From: Podarcis liolepis
Lineage: Eukaryota
Strand: one strand, 5' to 3'
Assembly: GCA_965112155.1 (NCBI GenBank)
Contig: OZ218104.1
DNA: 64,000 bases
Under the pieces are notes generated by a model that was not told where the DNA came from, made no database searches, and worked only from the letters and a program-made list of their open reading frames with translations. A program made the translations under genes and the position numbers. Of the stretch, positions 1 through 11,600 are shown in pieces (the first letter of the stretch is position 1; every line of letters begins with the position of its first letter).

Positions 1-589
1 CTCTGAGGTGTTTTGTGTTTTACAATCAAGCAGCACATAAATTCCATGGAATAAATAAATATTTGTGATTAGGCAACCGAACTAAATTATTGGAAATATT
101 AGTGTTTCTATCTAATATTTGGTAAATGATATAACTGGAGAGGGGCAGTCTAATTTCATGCATGTTTGGAAGTGCAGCTGAATTCTATGGCCTGGATGTG
201 CCCAGGACCGTAGCCTTAGTTTCGGAGAGAGTTAAAAAGAGATTTCTATAGCAAAATGCATTTGGGAAATGAACTGGGGGTTTTCATCAGCTCTCTCCCC
301 CTCCACGGGAGGCAGCCAGCACCTTCCTTGTTCTGGAGCGCTGACTCTAGTCAGTAGGACCACAATGGGCTCCAGATGGGGCCAACTTCTCCCTAGAATT
401 GCTGGGCAAGAGCAGAACCTGGCAAAAATGTGGCAGCAAATGCCTTGGAAATTCATTTTCCACAAGGAAAGAAGTGAAATGTCATGATGGAAGAGTTTAG
501 TCCTTGGCAACCAGCAGAAGGATGTTGCAAGAAGTGGGAGGTGGAGAGGATGGGGTTCCAAAGGGATGGAAAGACTTGGAGGATGCCAG

Positions 590-1952
590 GCATTGCAACC
601 CCTATGGCTGTCGCCAAATGAAACAATTACAATTAAAAGAATAAACATGGATAGATGGCGGGTGACCTATAGAGATTTGCTGGACTTTTCGAGGAACAAA
701 CCCAGACTGAAACCACTGGAAGAAGTAAGAAGCCAAGTTACTGAGTGGCTTCAGTATCACCAATTACATGATATGTTTAAATTAGATAAGAAAAATTGTG
801 TTGTTTTTTTTAAAAAGCTCACAGTTTGAAAAAAGAGTTATTGACGAACAAGGAAAAATTATTGTCCAAAATGTATACACTGTTATTGGAATGGGAAACA
901 AAAGATGAGCTGATTCAATAATCAATGACCTACTGGGCAATGGATATAGGATATAATATAGACTTAAACCTCTGGGAGAAATTTTGGGAAAAACCATCTG
1001 AAATTTACTGCATGCTACACATTGAAAGAGAATTATATGAAAATGATCCATAGATGATATTTAACTCCGAGTAGATTGGCTAAGATGTACAGTGGTACCT
1101 TGGGTTAAGTACTTAATTTGTTCCGAAAGTCCTTATTTAACCTGAAACTGTTCTTAACCTGAAGCACCACTTTAGCTAATGGGGCCTCCTGCTGCTCTGC
1201 GCCGCTGGAGCACGATTTCTGTTCTTATCCTGAAGCAAAGTTCTTAACCTGAAGCACTATTTCTGGGTTAGCAGAGTCTGTAACCTGAAGCATATGTAAC
1301 CTGAGGTACCACTGTATAAGGTGGAATCGGACATATGTTGGAAATGCAAAGAAATTTTTTCCATATGTGGTGGGTATGCAAAAAAGTTAAAGTATATTGG
1401 GAAATGATATATAATGAGATGAAAAAGATGTTTAAAACAACTTTTTTTAAAAAGCCAGTAGCATTTCTCTTAGAAATTATTCAGACAGAGGTTCCCAGGA
1501 GTCAGAACAATGTATTCATGTACGCAACAACAGCGGCTTGGATCTTGTTAGCCCAAAAACAGAAAGTGAGAGAGGTCCCTAGTAAGGAAGACTGTCAACT
1601 TAAGATGATAGAATATGCAGAATTAGCAGACCTAACAAGTAGAATATGAGAACAAGAAGAACAGGTATTTAAAGAGGAGTGGAATTTTTTTGTCAAGTAT
1701 ATTGAAAATAATCATGCACAGTTAAAAATGCTGGCAGTATTAAAGTAATTCAACAATATAACATATTTTGAACTGATGTAAGATAGGAAAATTAAATTAG
1801 TTGGATATATTAAAATATGCAGGAATGGTGGATAAGTTAAATGAACCTTGGAAAGGGAGGGAGGGAAGTAAATCAATGTACGGTATAATAAAACAAGTTT
1901 AATTTGAAATGTAAAATTTGAAAATTTAATAAAAAATATTAATAATAAAAAA
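590..1952 (+). mobile_element. Decayed L1-type LINE, ORF2 3' end with A-rich tail
   Basis: Broken frames with PLWLSPNE..., YLTPSRLAKMY, CWKC...FFHMWWVC (CCHC-like C-terminus of L1 ORF2); A-rich end about 1915-1952; boundaries approximate. Confidence 0.75.
1090..1314. mobile_element. Tc1/mariner (Tigger-like) MITE nested in the L1
   Basis: TIRs CAGTGGTACCT...AGGTACCACTG with TA duplication at 1088-1089 and 1315-1316. Confidence 0.9.
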
Positions 1953-1954
1953 GA

Positions 1955-2190
1955 GAGTCCCCAACCTCCCAAGGGAGTCTGTTCCACCGTCAAACAGTGC
2001 TTACTGTCAGAAAATTCTTCCTTATGTTTAGTTGGAATCTCCTTTCTTGTAACTCAAATCCATTGGTTCGAGTCCTAGCCTCCGAAGCAGGAGAAAACAA
2101 GCTTGCTCCATCTTCCATGTGACGGCCCTTTAGATATTTGATGATGGCTATCATATCTCCCCTCACTCTCCTCTTTTCCAGGCCAAACAA
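1955..2190 (-). mobile_element. CR1 LINE 3' fragment
   Basis: FGLEKRRVRGDMIAIIKYLKG...RTRTNGFELQERRFQLNIRKNFLTV, typical CR1 ORF2 C-terminus. Confidence 0.85.
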
Positions 2191-2209
2191 AATAATTCAA
2201 ATACTGCTT

Positions 2210-2530
2210 TAGATGGGGGAGGGGGGTGAAACCACAAAATAGCTGCATTCTGTACTAGCTACAGCAGCTGACCCATCTTCAAGGGCAGCCCCACATGTAG
2301 GGCACAGCACTAGTCTAAACAGAAGATTACAGGAGCATAAATATCTCTGGCTAGACTCTTTGTCAGAAGAGGCTGGCACACAAAGCTGGCAAAAGACAAC
2401 GTGTGCCACTGAGGTCCCTTGTGCTTCTATAGTGGCAGCAGCTGGATCAATAAGCTCCAACAATCTGCACACACGATTCCTCAAGAGGAGTGTGAACCCA
2501 CCCAGAAGATCTGGAACACCATCTCCTCAA
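2210..2530 (-). mobile_element. L2-like LINE ORF2 fragment
   Basis: Degenerate IEAQGTSVAHVVFCQL ... YLCSCNLL ... resembling squamate L2 RT C-terminal region. Confidence 0.55.
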
Positions 2531-5511
2531 ACAGCCTCTGTCTTGGTGATTCAATTGGGGCTTCTAATGACATCAAGCGATTGACTGGTGGGTGGTCACC
2601 TTTGCCAACTGGCAAAGTTGGGCCCTGGGGGTATGGGGAGATAATGAACTTGCCCTCTGGGTCAAAAAGGTCCCCCTTCCCTCCCCTCTCCCACTCAGTG
2701 CAGAACTTTTCTTTCTGCAAAAGGAGAATTTGGGAAGAGATCTGCTACCTGATCCCTGCAATGAAATGGGAAAAACACCAGGGAAGGGTTGGGGGCAGTA
2801 GGAAGGCAAGTTAATGCTGCCCATCTCCAGCTAATTCGGGGAGGGGATGCTTTTCAGCTGCATTTGTTATGAAAGTCACTGCCAATGTTTAATGGAATGT
2901 AGGTCACAGTTAATCAGATGTTCAGTCTGTCTGACAGCTCCAAATATTCAGCAGTCATGGGAGAAAAACGGCATAGAAAATACACAGAAGAGAACAGCTC
3001 ACACGCAAAGTGACCCTCCAGGACCCCCAAGCCTGGGGGCGGAATGGGGCTGTGTCACAGTGACACCAATCTGGGACAGGAGCTGACATTAAAGAAATGG
3101 GGGAGGGGCAGACATCTCCCCACCCCCACCCCCTAGCCCGGTAAAATCCACACAGCAACTCTCACTTTCCCTGTTACTTAAATGGCTTGCTATTTTCCTA
3201 CAGGTCTCCCCTACACACAACTGACAAGGAAGGCCCTCGTGGTCATTTACAGGCTAAAGAAGACTGACCACCCCTCACTCTCATCTTTGCCCCAGTGCCA
3301 GAGCTCCTTCCTCCCACCCCACCCTTTCTAGGCCAGCTCAGGAGACTCTGACACAAGGGCCTTCCAGGAAGCAAGAGCCCTTCCTGCTGCAGCCTTCATA
3401 GAGCCGGGGTGGGGGGTGGGGGAAGGGCCCCAGCAGTTGTCACTACTCTTGGCCCAAAGCCCACACAAAGAGGGTCAGTGACCTGCATTCACAGCAGCCG
3501 CAAAGCAGCAACTTGCCCATGAAACAGAGCAGATTCTGAAGATCTGAAGAGGGGAGTAGATGTGCAGCCCCTCCTGGAGCCATTTCCAGAACGTACCATT
3601 TCCAGGTGGTATTGCTGGACTCCCAACTCCCATCATTCCTGGGTATGTGATGCCATGCTGGCTGTTGGGGCTGATGGGATTTGGAGCCCAACACCAACAC
3701 CTGGCTCCCTGGCAATTTTTTAAAAAATGGATCTTTGGACATGGACTCCATTCCCCAGTGCATGCACTGGGCTTCTTTGAAAAACAGCAGCACAAAAAGC
3801 TGCTGCCCTTATATGCAAGAATCCTAAGAGCTGGGCAAAGAGAAAACTCTCCTGAAAGGGAAGGAGCCTTCCAAATGCAGCTGCTGTACCCAAAGGGAAG
3901 AGGAGAAAAGGGGAGGGGACAGCTGGTGGCTCACCCTGCCTTGCCCTGCCGGACAACAGCCTCAACAGCAGGCACTCTGCGCCTGGAGAAGGAGGAGGAG
4001 GAGAGAGCTGGCTTCTTGCTGCCTGCGGTTCATGCAGGATCCCCAAGGAGACCTAAACAAGCTCCCCTGGCACGCTGATGGGAACGGGCTCCTTCCCATC
4101 TCCTCCATGGCTCTGCTTGTTTCCATGGCAATACCACAAGGGAAAGTTTCCATCCCAGATGCCAAATGCCTGTGGATGAGGCACAGCCCTCTGAGGCTGA
4201 CCAAATATAGACAAAACTCAAAAAGTGCTTCACTGTGCAGGGCAAGGAGGATGGACCTGAAGTCCTCCCCCCTCTCACAAAACAGCTCCAGGAATGGCTC
4301 TCGGCACACCCTTGGGGGCCTTGCCTGCTGAGAGTTGCAGCCCCCCACCCAACTCAAAGACTACAGCCCCTGGAGCAGAAGAGCCACAGAAGAAAACTGG
4401 ATGGTTCAGATCGCTGCTCCCTTATAGTCTCTCTGCCATGGGGGGAAGAGAGGCAAGAGGCCAGTCACCACCGCCACACAGAGGGACTCTGCAAGAAGTC
4501 TGAATGGCAACAGACGTGGGCCTCAGCTGGGCCTGAAGGTGACAAGCTCAAGGGGCAGGAAAGGCCAGCAGGGGAGCTTCAACTTAAGGCAGAGCCCAGG
4601 CTAGAAAACCCATGCAAATTATGTTTGCCTGGGGGTGGGGTGAGGCATGGCTGGCTGGCAGGATCTGGGCCATGCACAGGGATCCTTCCCCTTCCCGCTG
4701 TGCTGAAGTCAGAGCTGGGCACTGTCGGCACACACAGGAATGCCTAGCAGTGGTGCCAGGCCAGGCGGACGCTCCATCATTGCTGTTGAAAACGAACTAC
4801 TGTTCCTTCTCTTACTACAGCCAGCCTACATGAGTCACGGGGCCAACAGACACTCCTTCTGCTAACAAACAGAAACTGTCATGGGAAGTTCTGTCTACTC
4901 AAAACACAGGCCCTGGCTAAGTGCATCCACACAACCAAGTCCACAAGCAGATCTGCACCTAATGATCAGCTGACCCCACCATCAAGGAGCACCATCAACC
5001 AACCAGAACTCCAGTCTTCCACAACCAGCACTTGGCAGATGCAGAGAGCTCTGAAGGTCCTGCCAAAGCCACCATAAGGTGTGCTAGAAGGAAAGGAAGG
5101 CCAATGTGATGGCGGAGAATTAGCAAGTGGGGCCAGCTCCTGACCCAACATAAAGCTCTGGGCTTAATGCACTAGCTGCATAGGAGAGAGGGTGAGGGGT
5201 GTAGACAGACATGGCTTCTCTCCTCATGGTAGCACAAGAAGGCAGCTTGCTGGATAAGTCCACACCTTCCTGCCTCGTGTACTGGACAGTGTTATTATCT
5301 TGAAAATGTGCACCCTGTCCTTAGTGCCAACAACAAATAGCATTTTATACGTGCCCTCCTGTGCCCAAGGGGTCCTCCCCACTCCTTCGTGGCTGGATGG
5401 TCCTGCAGCAAGACAGCCTCTGCAGAAGCTCTGCCTCTCTGTAGGGCAGGCGGCAAAGGCAGTGGGGCAAGTGGCTCTGAAGGATGCCCCAGAGGCGCGT
5501 TGGCGACTTAC

Positions 5512-5662
5512 GCTGTTTGCAGGAGTTCTGGGTTGGGCACGCACTGTAGGCGGTGGGAGAGGAGCTGGAAGGCATTGCTCTGGGGCAGGAGCATCAGAAG
5601 CCCGTACAGAGCCTTGATGAGGTAAGGGTTGTTCTTCACGTCCAGCAGCTGCAAGCGGAGAT
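5512..5662 (-). CDS. VAC14: VAC14 exon 18 (151 nt)
   Basis: tgcag|AT CTC CGC ... CAA ACA GC|gtaagt; [49 protein letters not shown]. Confidence 0.96.
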
Positions 5663-8600
5663 CTGCAAGCAAAGAAGGGAAGGGTAAGGAGGGCTGTGAA
5701 AGCTGCTGACCTTTGTCCAAAGAGGGGGAGGCAGGGTGCACAGAACCTCTGCGTTCTTCTCTTCCATCCATCTTCTTGCCTTTTGCATGCATGCATGCAT
5801 GCATTCAGCCGCATGCCATCACACCATTTGTGTGTCCCTGGTGGAAAATGGGGATCTTTCTGCTATGGAAAGCACAGAGATGCTGCCATCCACTCAGCAA
5901 ATAGACCCAGAAATAGGAGAAAGACACTGAAATGGCAATGAATCTCGGAGGGTTGGGGGGGGGAGTCACAGTGGGACTGCCTTTGTGCAAGAAGGAGTGT
6001 TGTGTGCATGCATGCCTCTTTGGTAGCATAGGCAAAGGGATCTGAGGATCTGAGAACATAAGAGCAGCCTGTTGGATCTGGGAAATGGCCTGTCTAGTTC
6101 AGTATCCTGTTCTCACCATGGCCACCCAGATGCCTATAGGAAAACTGCAAGCAGGACCTGAGCACAAGAGCACTCTCTTCTCCTGTGGTTCCCAGCAAAC
6201 CAATATTCAGTAGCACGACTGCCTCCAGCTGTGGAAGGCAGAGCGTGGCCATCGTGGCTAGTAGCCTTTGCTTGAAGGAAGATAGCTAAGGGGGGCCTCC
6301 ACCCCACCCTGCAATCGCCTTGTCCAACAGCTCTTCCCAGCAAGTTTCTTAATGTTCAGCTAACAGCTACCCATCTATTACTTAAGCCCATGTGATCAAG
6401 TCTCTGCCCTCTCTGGGGCAGCAGCAGCAGCAGCAGCGAAAAAGCCTCTCCACTTCTCTTATGCAGGGGGCCCTTGGGGACTTGAAGTATGTTATCCTTT
6501 TCTTCTCCAGAGCAGACCCACTCAGTTCCTCCCACCTTCCCCCCTGGGGCTGGTTTTTCATCCCCTGTTTCCCTTGGTCTCCCCTGAGCAAATGCAGTTT
6601 GTGTCCCTACATTCTGCTTCCTATCCACTGCAATGCTGCTGCTGCTTTTGGATGGCCCTAATGGGCACATGAGCCGGAAGGTCTCACAGCAAAGAGGCTC
6701 ATAACTTCTGCTCTATTTATTTGGGCCACGTCGCCAGTTGCAATGAGGGAGTGGGGGAGGAGAGGGGCCTCGGGTACGTGTGTCAATGCTAATGCACCAC
6801 AAAGTGCAAAGCCCCCCAAACCCTCCTGCCAATGCGAGCGCACACACATACACACTTCTGCAAGAGTGAAAGAGAGCTTACATGTAAAAATCGGACACTC
6901 AATCAACTGGACCAGCTTGTCAACCTCAATCAGGAAATCCACTGTGACCTCCAGGTCACCACTGAGCACGGCTGTTAAGGAGCCTAATCTGCCCATGCTG
7001 GCAGGGGCTGATGGGATTTGTAGTCCAAAACATCTGGAAGGCACTAGGCACTGGGGGGGGGGGCAGAAGCCACACAGCCTAACACCACGCTGCCCTACAA
7101 AGCCAAAGACCAGAGAGAGGATGAACAAGCTTCTTCTCTTAAGCTCCTGGCTTTGAAGATGGCATGATGAAGGCGCTTGCAAAACACCACTGCCTTTTGA
7201 TGGGGCTCGTACAGAGACACAGAGAGGCCTTCCTGGAAGAAACTCCCTCCACCCTTGCCTACCCACAGGCCACTTTTCCAATGCTAAGCACAAAATGTGG
7301 ATTATTCTGCCAGATCTGACTGTTCCCGCCTTCTCAACATGGAAACATGAGCTAAAAACAGAGAAGCTGTTTAATCCTCATTGTTGGAAAAAAGTCCTGG
7401 GAACGGACAGTTTCTGCTAAGGCAGGCCCATGTTCAAAATTTTTGTGGCAGAAGCAGGTCAGTGGTAATAGCAAAAATCTAAATGTACACAGTCTAGTGT
7501 AGCCTTCGCCAACCTGGTGCTGTCTGGGGAGCTGATGGGAGTTGCAGTCCAAAATGTCTGGAGCGTCCTAGGTTGGCGAAGACTGCTCTAGTGGATTTAA
7601 AGTTACTGGTGGTGATAAACTTAGTAAGATTAAAATTATTGTAATTTTAATAGACGCCAAGTGCTCTTAAAAGAGAATCTGAAGTTGTGTGTACCTAAGA
7701 GATTGGTCATGCACATACAGCCTGTAGTACTCTGTTTATGCCCAATAATATAATTTTTAGAAGTCTGAAGATGAGTTCGCCATGAATTTTAAAACATGGT
7801 TCAAAGCACATAGGAGAGACTTCAGATAAAAACCAGCCCCATGTAACAGGGCGTGGCGGTTTGCACCCCCAGCACCCCCCAGCAGCATTAGGCATGAAAC
7901 TGGCCTTAGCTGAGAACTGTGCGAATGCTACAAATAGGCTCTTCTCAAACCTCCCCTTTTCCTGGAAGTCCTAACCAGCAAGTTGTGCCATGTGCTCAGT
8001 GGTCAATGCTTTGCATGGCTGGGAGCTTTAGGTTTCTCTCTGTGTTACTGCAATCTATTGTAAGCTGCTTTGAGGATCAATCCAAGGCAGGATATAAATC
8101 TCCAAAATAATATCCTACTGCAGCTAAGCCAAAGGATGTGTAATTGAAACGATGCTCTACTGTCTCTTCTGCCCCCATTCGCCCTCTGCTTTCCTCTGCT
8201 TCTGCACTATGCCCATTTTAAGATGACCAAGCGGATCTCACATAATTTAGTGCAATGTTTCTCAAACTGGGGTCCCCAGCTGTTGTTGGACTACAACTCC
8301 CATCACCCCCAGCTAGCAGGACCAGTGGTCAGGGATGATGGGAGTTGCAGTCCAACAACAGCTGAGGACCCCAGTTTGAGAAACATTGCACTAAATTATG
8401 TGAGATCCGTCTGGTGAGGGAGAGAGGCAGGAGCACATCCAGTCCTGTACATCATCCACCATCTCCCAACATCCTTACGACTTTTGAGCTCTTTTATCTG
8501 AGAGACTTTTCCAGCCATAGGAGCCGTTCTGGTCTCTGCTGCTATCATGATGTGCAATGGTGAATGTCAGAAAATGAAGATGCCTTCCGCAATGTAAAGG

Positions 8601-11600
8601 ACCTTGGGGCTGACCACTTCTAATTGGCAGCCCGAATTCACTGCCGTATTTTATGGGCCAAGAGGCAGCAGCTTCTGAGGCCTGCTTAGACTCCACAGTG
8701 CAGACAGCCACCATCTCATGTGCCTTCCCTCCCTCCCCGTGCTAGAAGGATACAACTTCTGGATGAGGTCATAGGCATGCTTGTAGTTCTGAGTGAGGAA
8801 GCAGAGGGAGACGGTGGTCACTGGGTTGTGGCACCAGGAACGGTACAGGCAGCAGAACAGGTTGCGGCTCTCCTGGGGAGACAAAAAAGTAAGAGGAGTT
8901 GACTTGCACCTCCACACACCACTCCCAAGTCTGCTCTTGGGAACCAAAGGCAACTCCAGCAAAACAGAGCCCCAAAAACTAGGTAGCAGGGTGGGACGAG
9001 GGGTCACCTCCTGAAACAATGCAGAGCCAGATGTCCTGGTGGCAGGGCTTCAGCACTACCAAGCACAGCAGGACCGCCATGTGTGCCACTTATGGTAGAT
9101 AGAGACACAAGCACAAGCACAAGACACAAGACAGTGGCGACAACCAACCTAGACAGCTTTAAAAAACAGGGTGTGTGTGTGTGTTGATGGCCGCCTGAGC
9201 TCCAGCATGCAGTGCCCAAGTCACTTCAAGGGTGGGTGGAGAAAGAGGCTGCACAGCCCAGCAAAGTCACAGACACATCTTCTCAGGTGCAACATACCGA
9301 CGTCTTCAGATCCTTGAGTTGGTTCCTTAGCTGGAAGAGCTCAGAAGAAGTCAGGAGGATGGTGTTGAGGGTGTGGACCATCGTCGAGGCAAACTTGAGG
9401 TCTTCCTCCCGCAGCAGGATGTCAGCCATCGAGTGAAAGATGTTCTCAGCATTCAGGAGAAGACAGAGTTGCCTGCATGGCACCAAAAAATGGAGATTAG
9501 GTGTTGACCAACAAAGGGGATTGCTGTGAATCTGGGGTGGGTGGGATACCACCTCCACAATCCCCAAATATCAAAGAGAATAATCTTGGGCGAGAATCTA
9601 GGATGCAACAAGTGCCTGGCCCCGTCCTCTGCAGCAAGCCTTTACAAAGGTGTTCTCCTTCCTATCAGAATTGTCAATATTTCCCCCAGTAGGCCAAGAC
9701 TGAACTTGCCCCTTAGGGAAGAAGCCCCATCGCTCCTTCTAACAGCGAACTCAGCTGGTGAGTGCCAATGGGGTTTTAGCAAACAGGGTCACTGAGGAAC
9801 AAAGGAGGAATTAAAATGCTCTGGGGAATACACCTAGGTCTTGCAAAGGTATAACACATATTATGAAGGAAAAAACACTTAGGGGAGAAAAGAAAGAATG
9901 ACCCCCAACAGCCCAATGATGTAAGCTCACTCAGAGGCCATGGAATACTAGGTTGCCTGTTGGAAAGGGGAAACCAGAATGGAAGAGAGGAAAAAATGAG
10001 TATCCTAAGAGAGCAGTGCTCCATATTGCAGCTTTTTTATTACAGGCCCCATTCACACACACACACACAGCAGCAGCAGCAACAGCTGCCTCACCTAGTT
10101 TCTCTTCCTTCCAACTCGCTCTCTGGGACACATCAGGCAGCGCCCCCACCCTCACCCCCAGACCAATCTGTTCTGGATTAACACAAGCAATTTCAAGCTT
10201 TCCAGACAGAGTGGAGGGCTGAGGTCAAACCCTTGTTCTTTCACCAATGACCTTGAGTTCAAAGCAAGTGTAAGGTAGGAAAATGCAAACAAACAAACAA
10301 ACAAATCTTGCATGTGGCATTATCTTCACCCTTCGTTTCCCTTCTATCAGTTTTTTTTTATTTGAATAAATATTTATTCCCCACGATTCCAGTAAAGGCT
10401 CCCTGTGGTGGCAGTAATGATATATGTGGAAGGTGTGCTAGGTGATTGCAAAGTTATTTGTGCAGGGAGGGAGATGCCCCCACTTTCACAGCAGAAAGCC
10501 AGCAGAGGTTCACCTGTGTTGCACCCTGTCTCCAATTCCCAAGGGTGTACTGGTGGTTCTGATTTACTAATATATCTGCCCAGAGCTCACCCAGCCCCAG
10601 CCTTGCTGACCTTTTCTGGAGCTTTTTCACACGGACTCAGCGAGTCACAGCAGGAATGCTCTGCTTAACCTCTCCAGGAACCCCCAAGGTCTTCTGCATT
10701 GGAAACCGAGCGCCAGAGTTCCCTCCGTGTTTGTTTTGATTCTATGGGCTCCCTCTTTCTCCCTGCCAAGCCTGCGGTGGTGGCACTGTAGGGTTTGCCT
10801 GAGGACGCCTGACACAAAGCCCAGTGCTAATGCCGCTACCGCTGCTGCCTCCTTTAACAAGCTTGGCTTCACAGCTCTGTGCATTCAAAGGACATGGGAA
10901 ACGGCAACCCGAGTTACCCCAGGCGAGGGAGACTTGATCAATTTTCTCTTTCAGCCCTTCTAAAGGCTCTAAGCTCTGGTTTTGATCTATTTCCAGCACA
11001 GAATAATAATTCATTTCAAGGCCTCTGCTCAAGTCCAAGAATAGTCATTCAATCAGTCCCAAACAGAAACTCTGGAGAAATCACCCCCACCCCGCTCCCC
11101 TAGTGCATTGACACTCATTAAGATTTTCTTGTCAAAGACCATTTAAATTGCAGAGACACGCTTTGAAAAAGTAGGCCTCCAACTTTGGGATACAGCTCCA
11201 GAGAGTTGGGAAGGGAGCCAACTCAAGGGGGCTTTGCCTCTCCAAGCTCATCGCTAAGCAAGGCTTCGCCCCCTCCCAGGCCCCCATCGCCATCAGAGGG
11301 TTCCACTCCACTAGCAGCAGCTTGCAAGAGTCTTGTTGTCAGCTGCTTCCTTGGGAGGCAGGGATGGGATTCTCAGAATCAGCACCCAATGGGTTCTTAC
11401 TGCAGGAACAGCTTCAAGTCTGAAAGAGGGTGATTCAGCAAGAGATTGTAGAATACAAGCACCAAGGTTTGCATATGCAGCTCCCTTTAATCTCTCTCAG
11501 AGAGACTTGGAGAGAAATGTGAGCAGGTGTTGACCAACACCCAGCAAACATGATTAGGGCATGTTCTTGAGATCGGGGAAACTATTCCCTAGGAAACGAA

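Larger units (their letters stand above)
6962..8753 (-). other. U12-type (minor spliceosome) GT-AG intron 16
   Basis: Donor GTATCCTT (8753-8746); consensus branch TCCTTAAC (6981-6974) 12 nt before the exon; no polypyrimidine tract. Confidence 0.93.

Noticed and set aside
1-5511. Terminal VAC14 exon (expected to encode roughly ...IDYAELLQHFEKVQNKHLE...)
   Set aside because: A manual minus-strand scan for the HFEKVQ and KHLE codon patterns found nothing; the exon is probably downstream of position 1.
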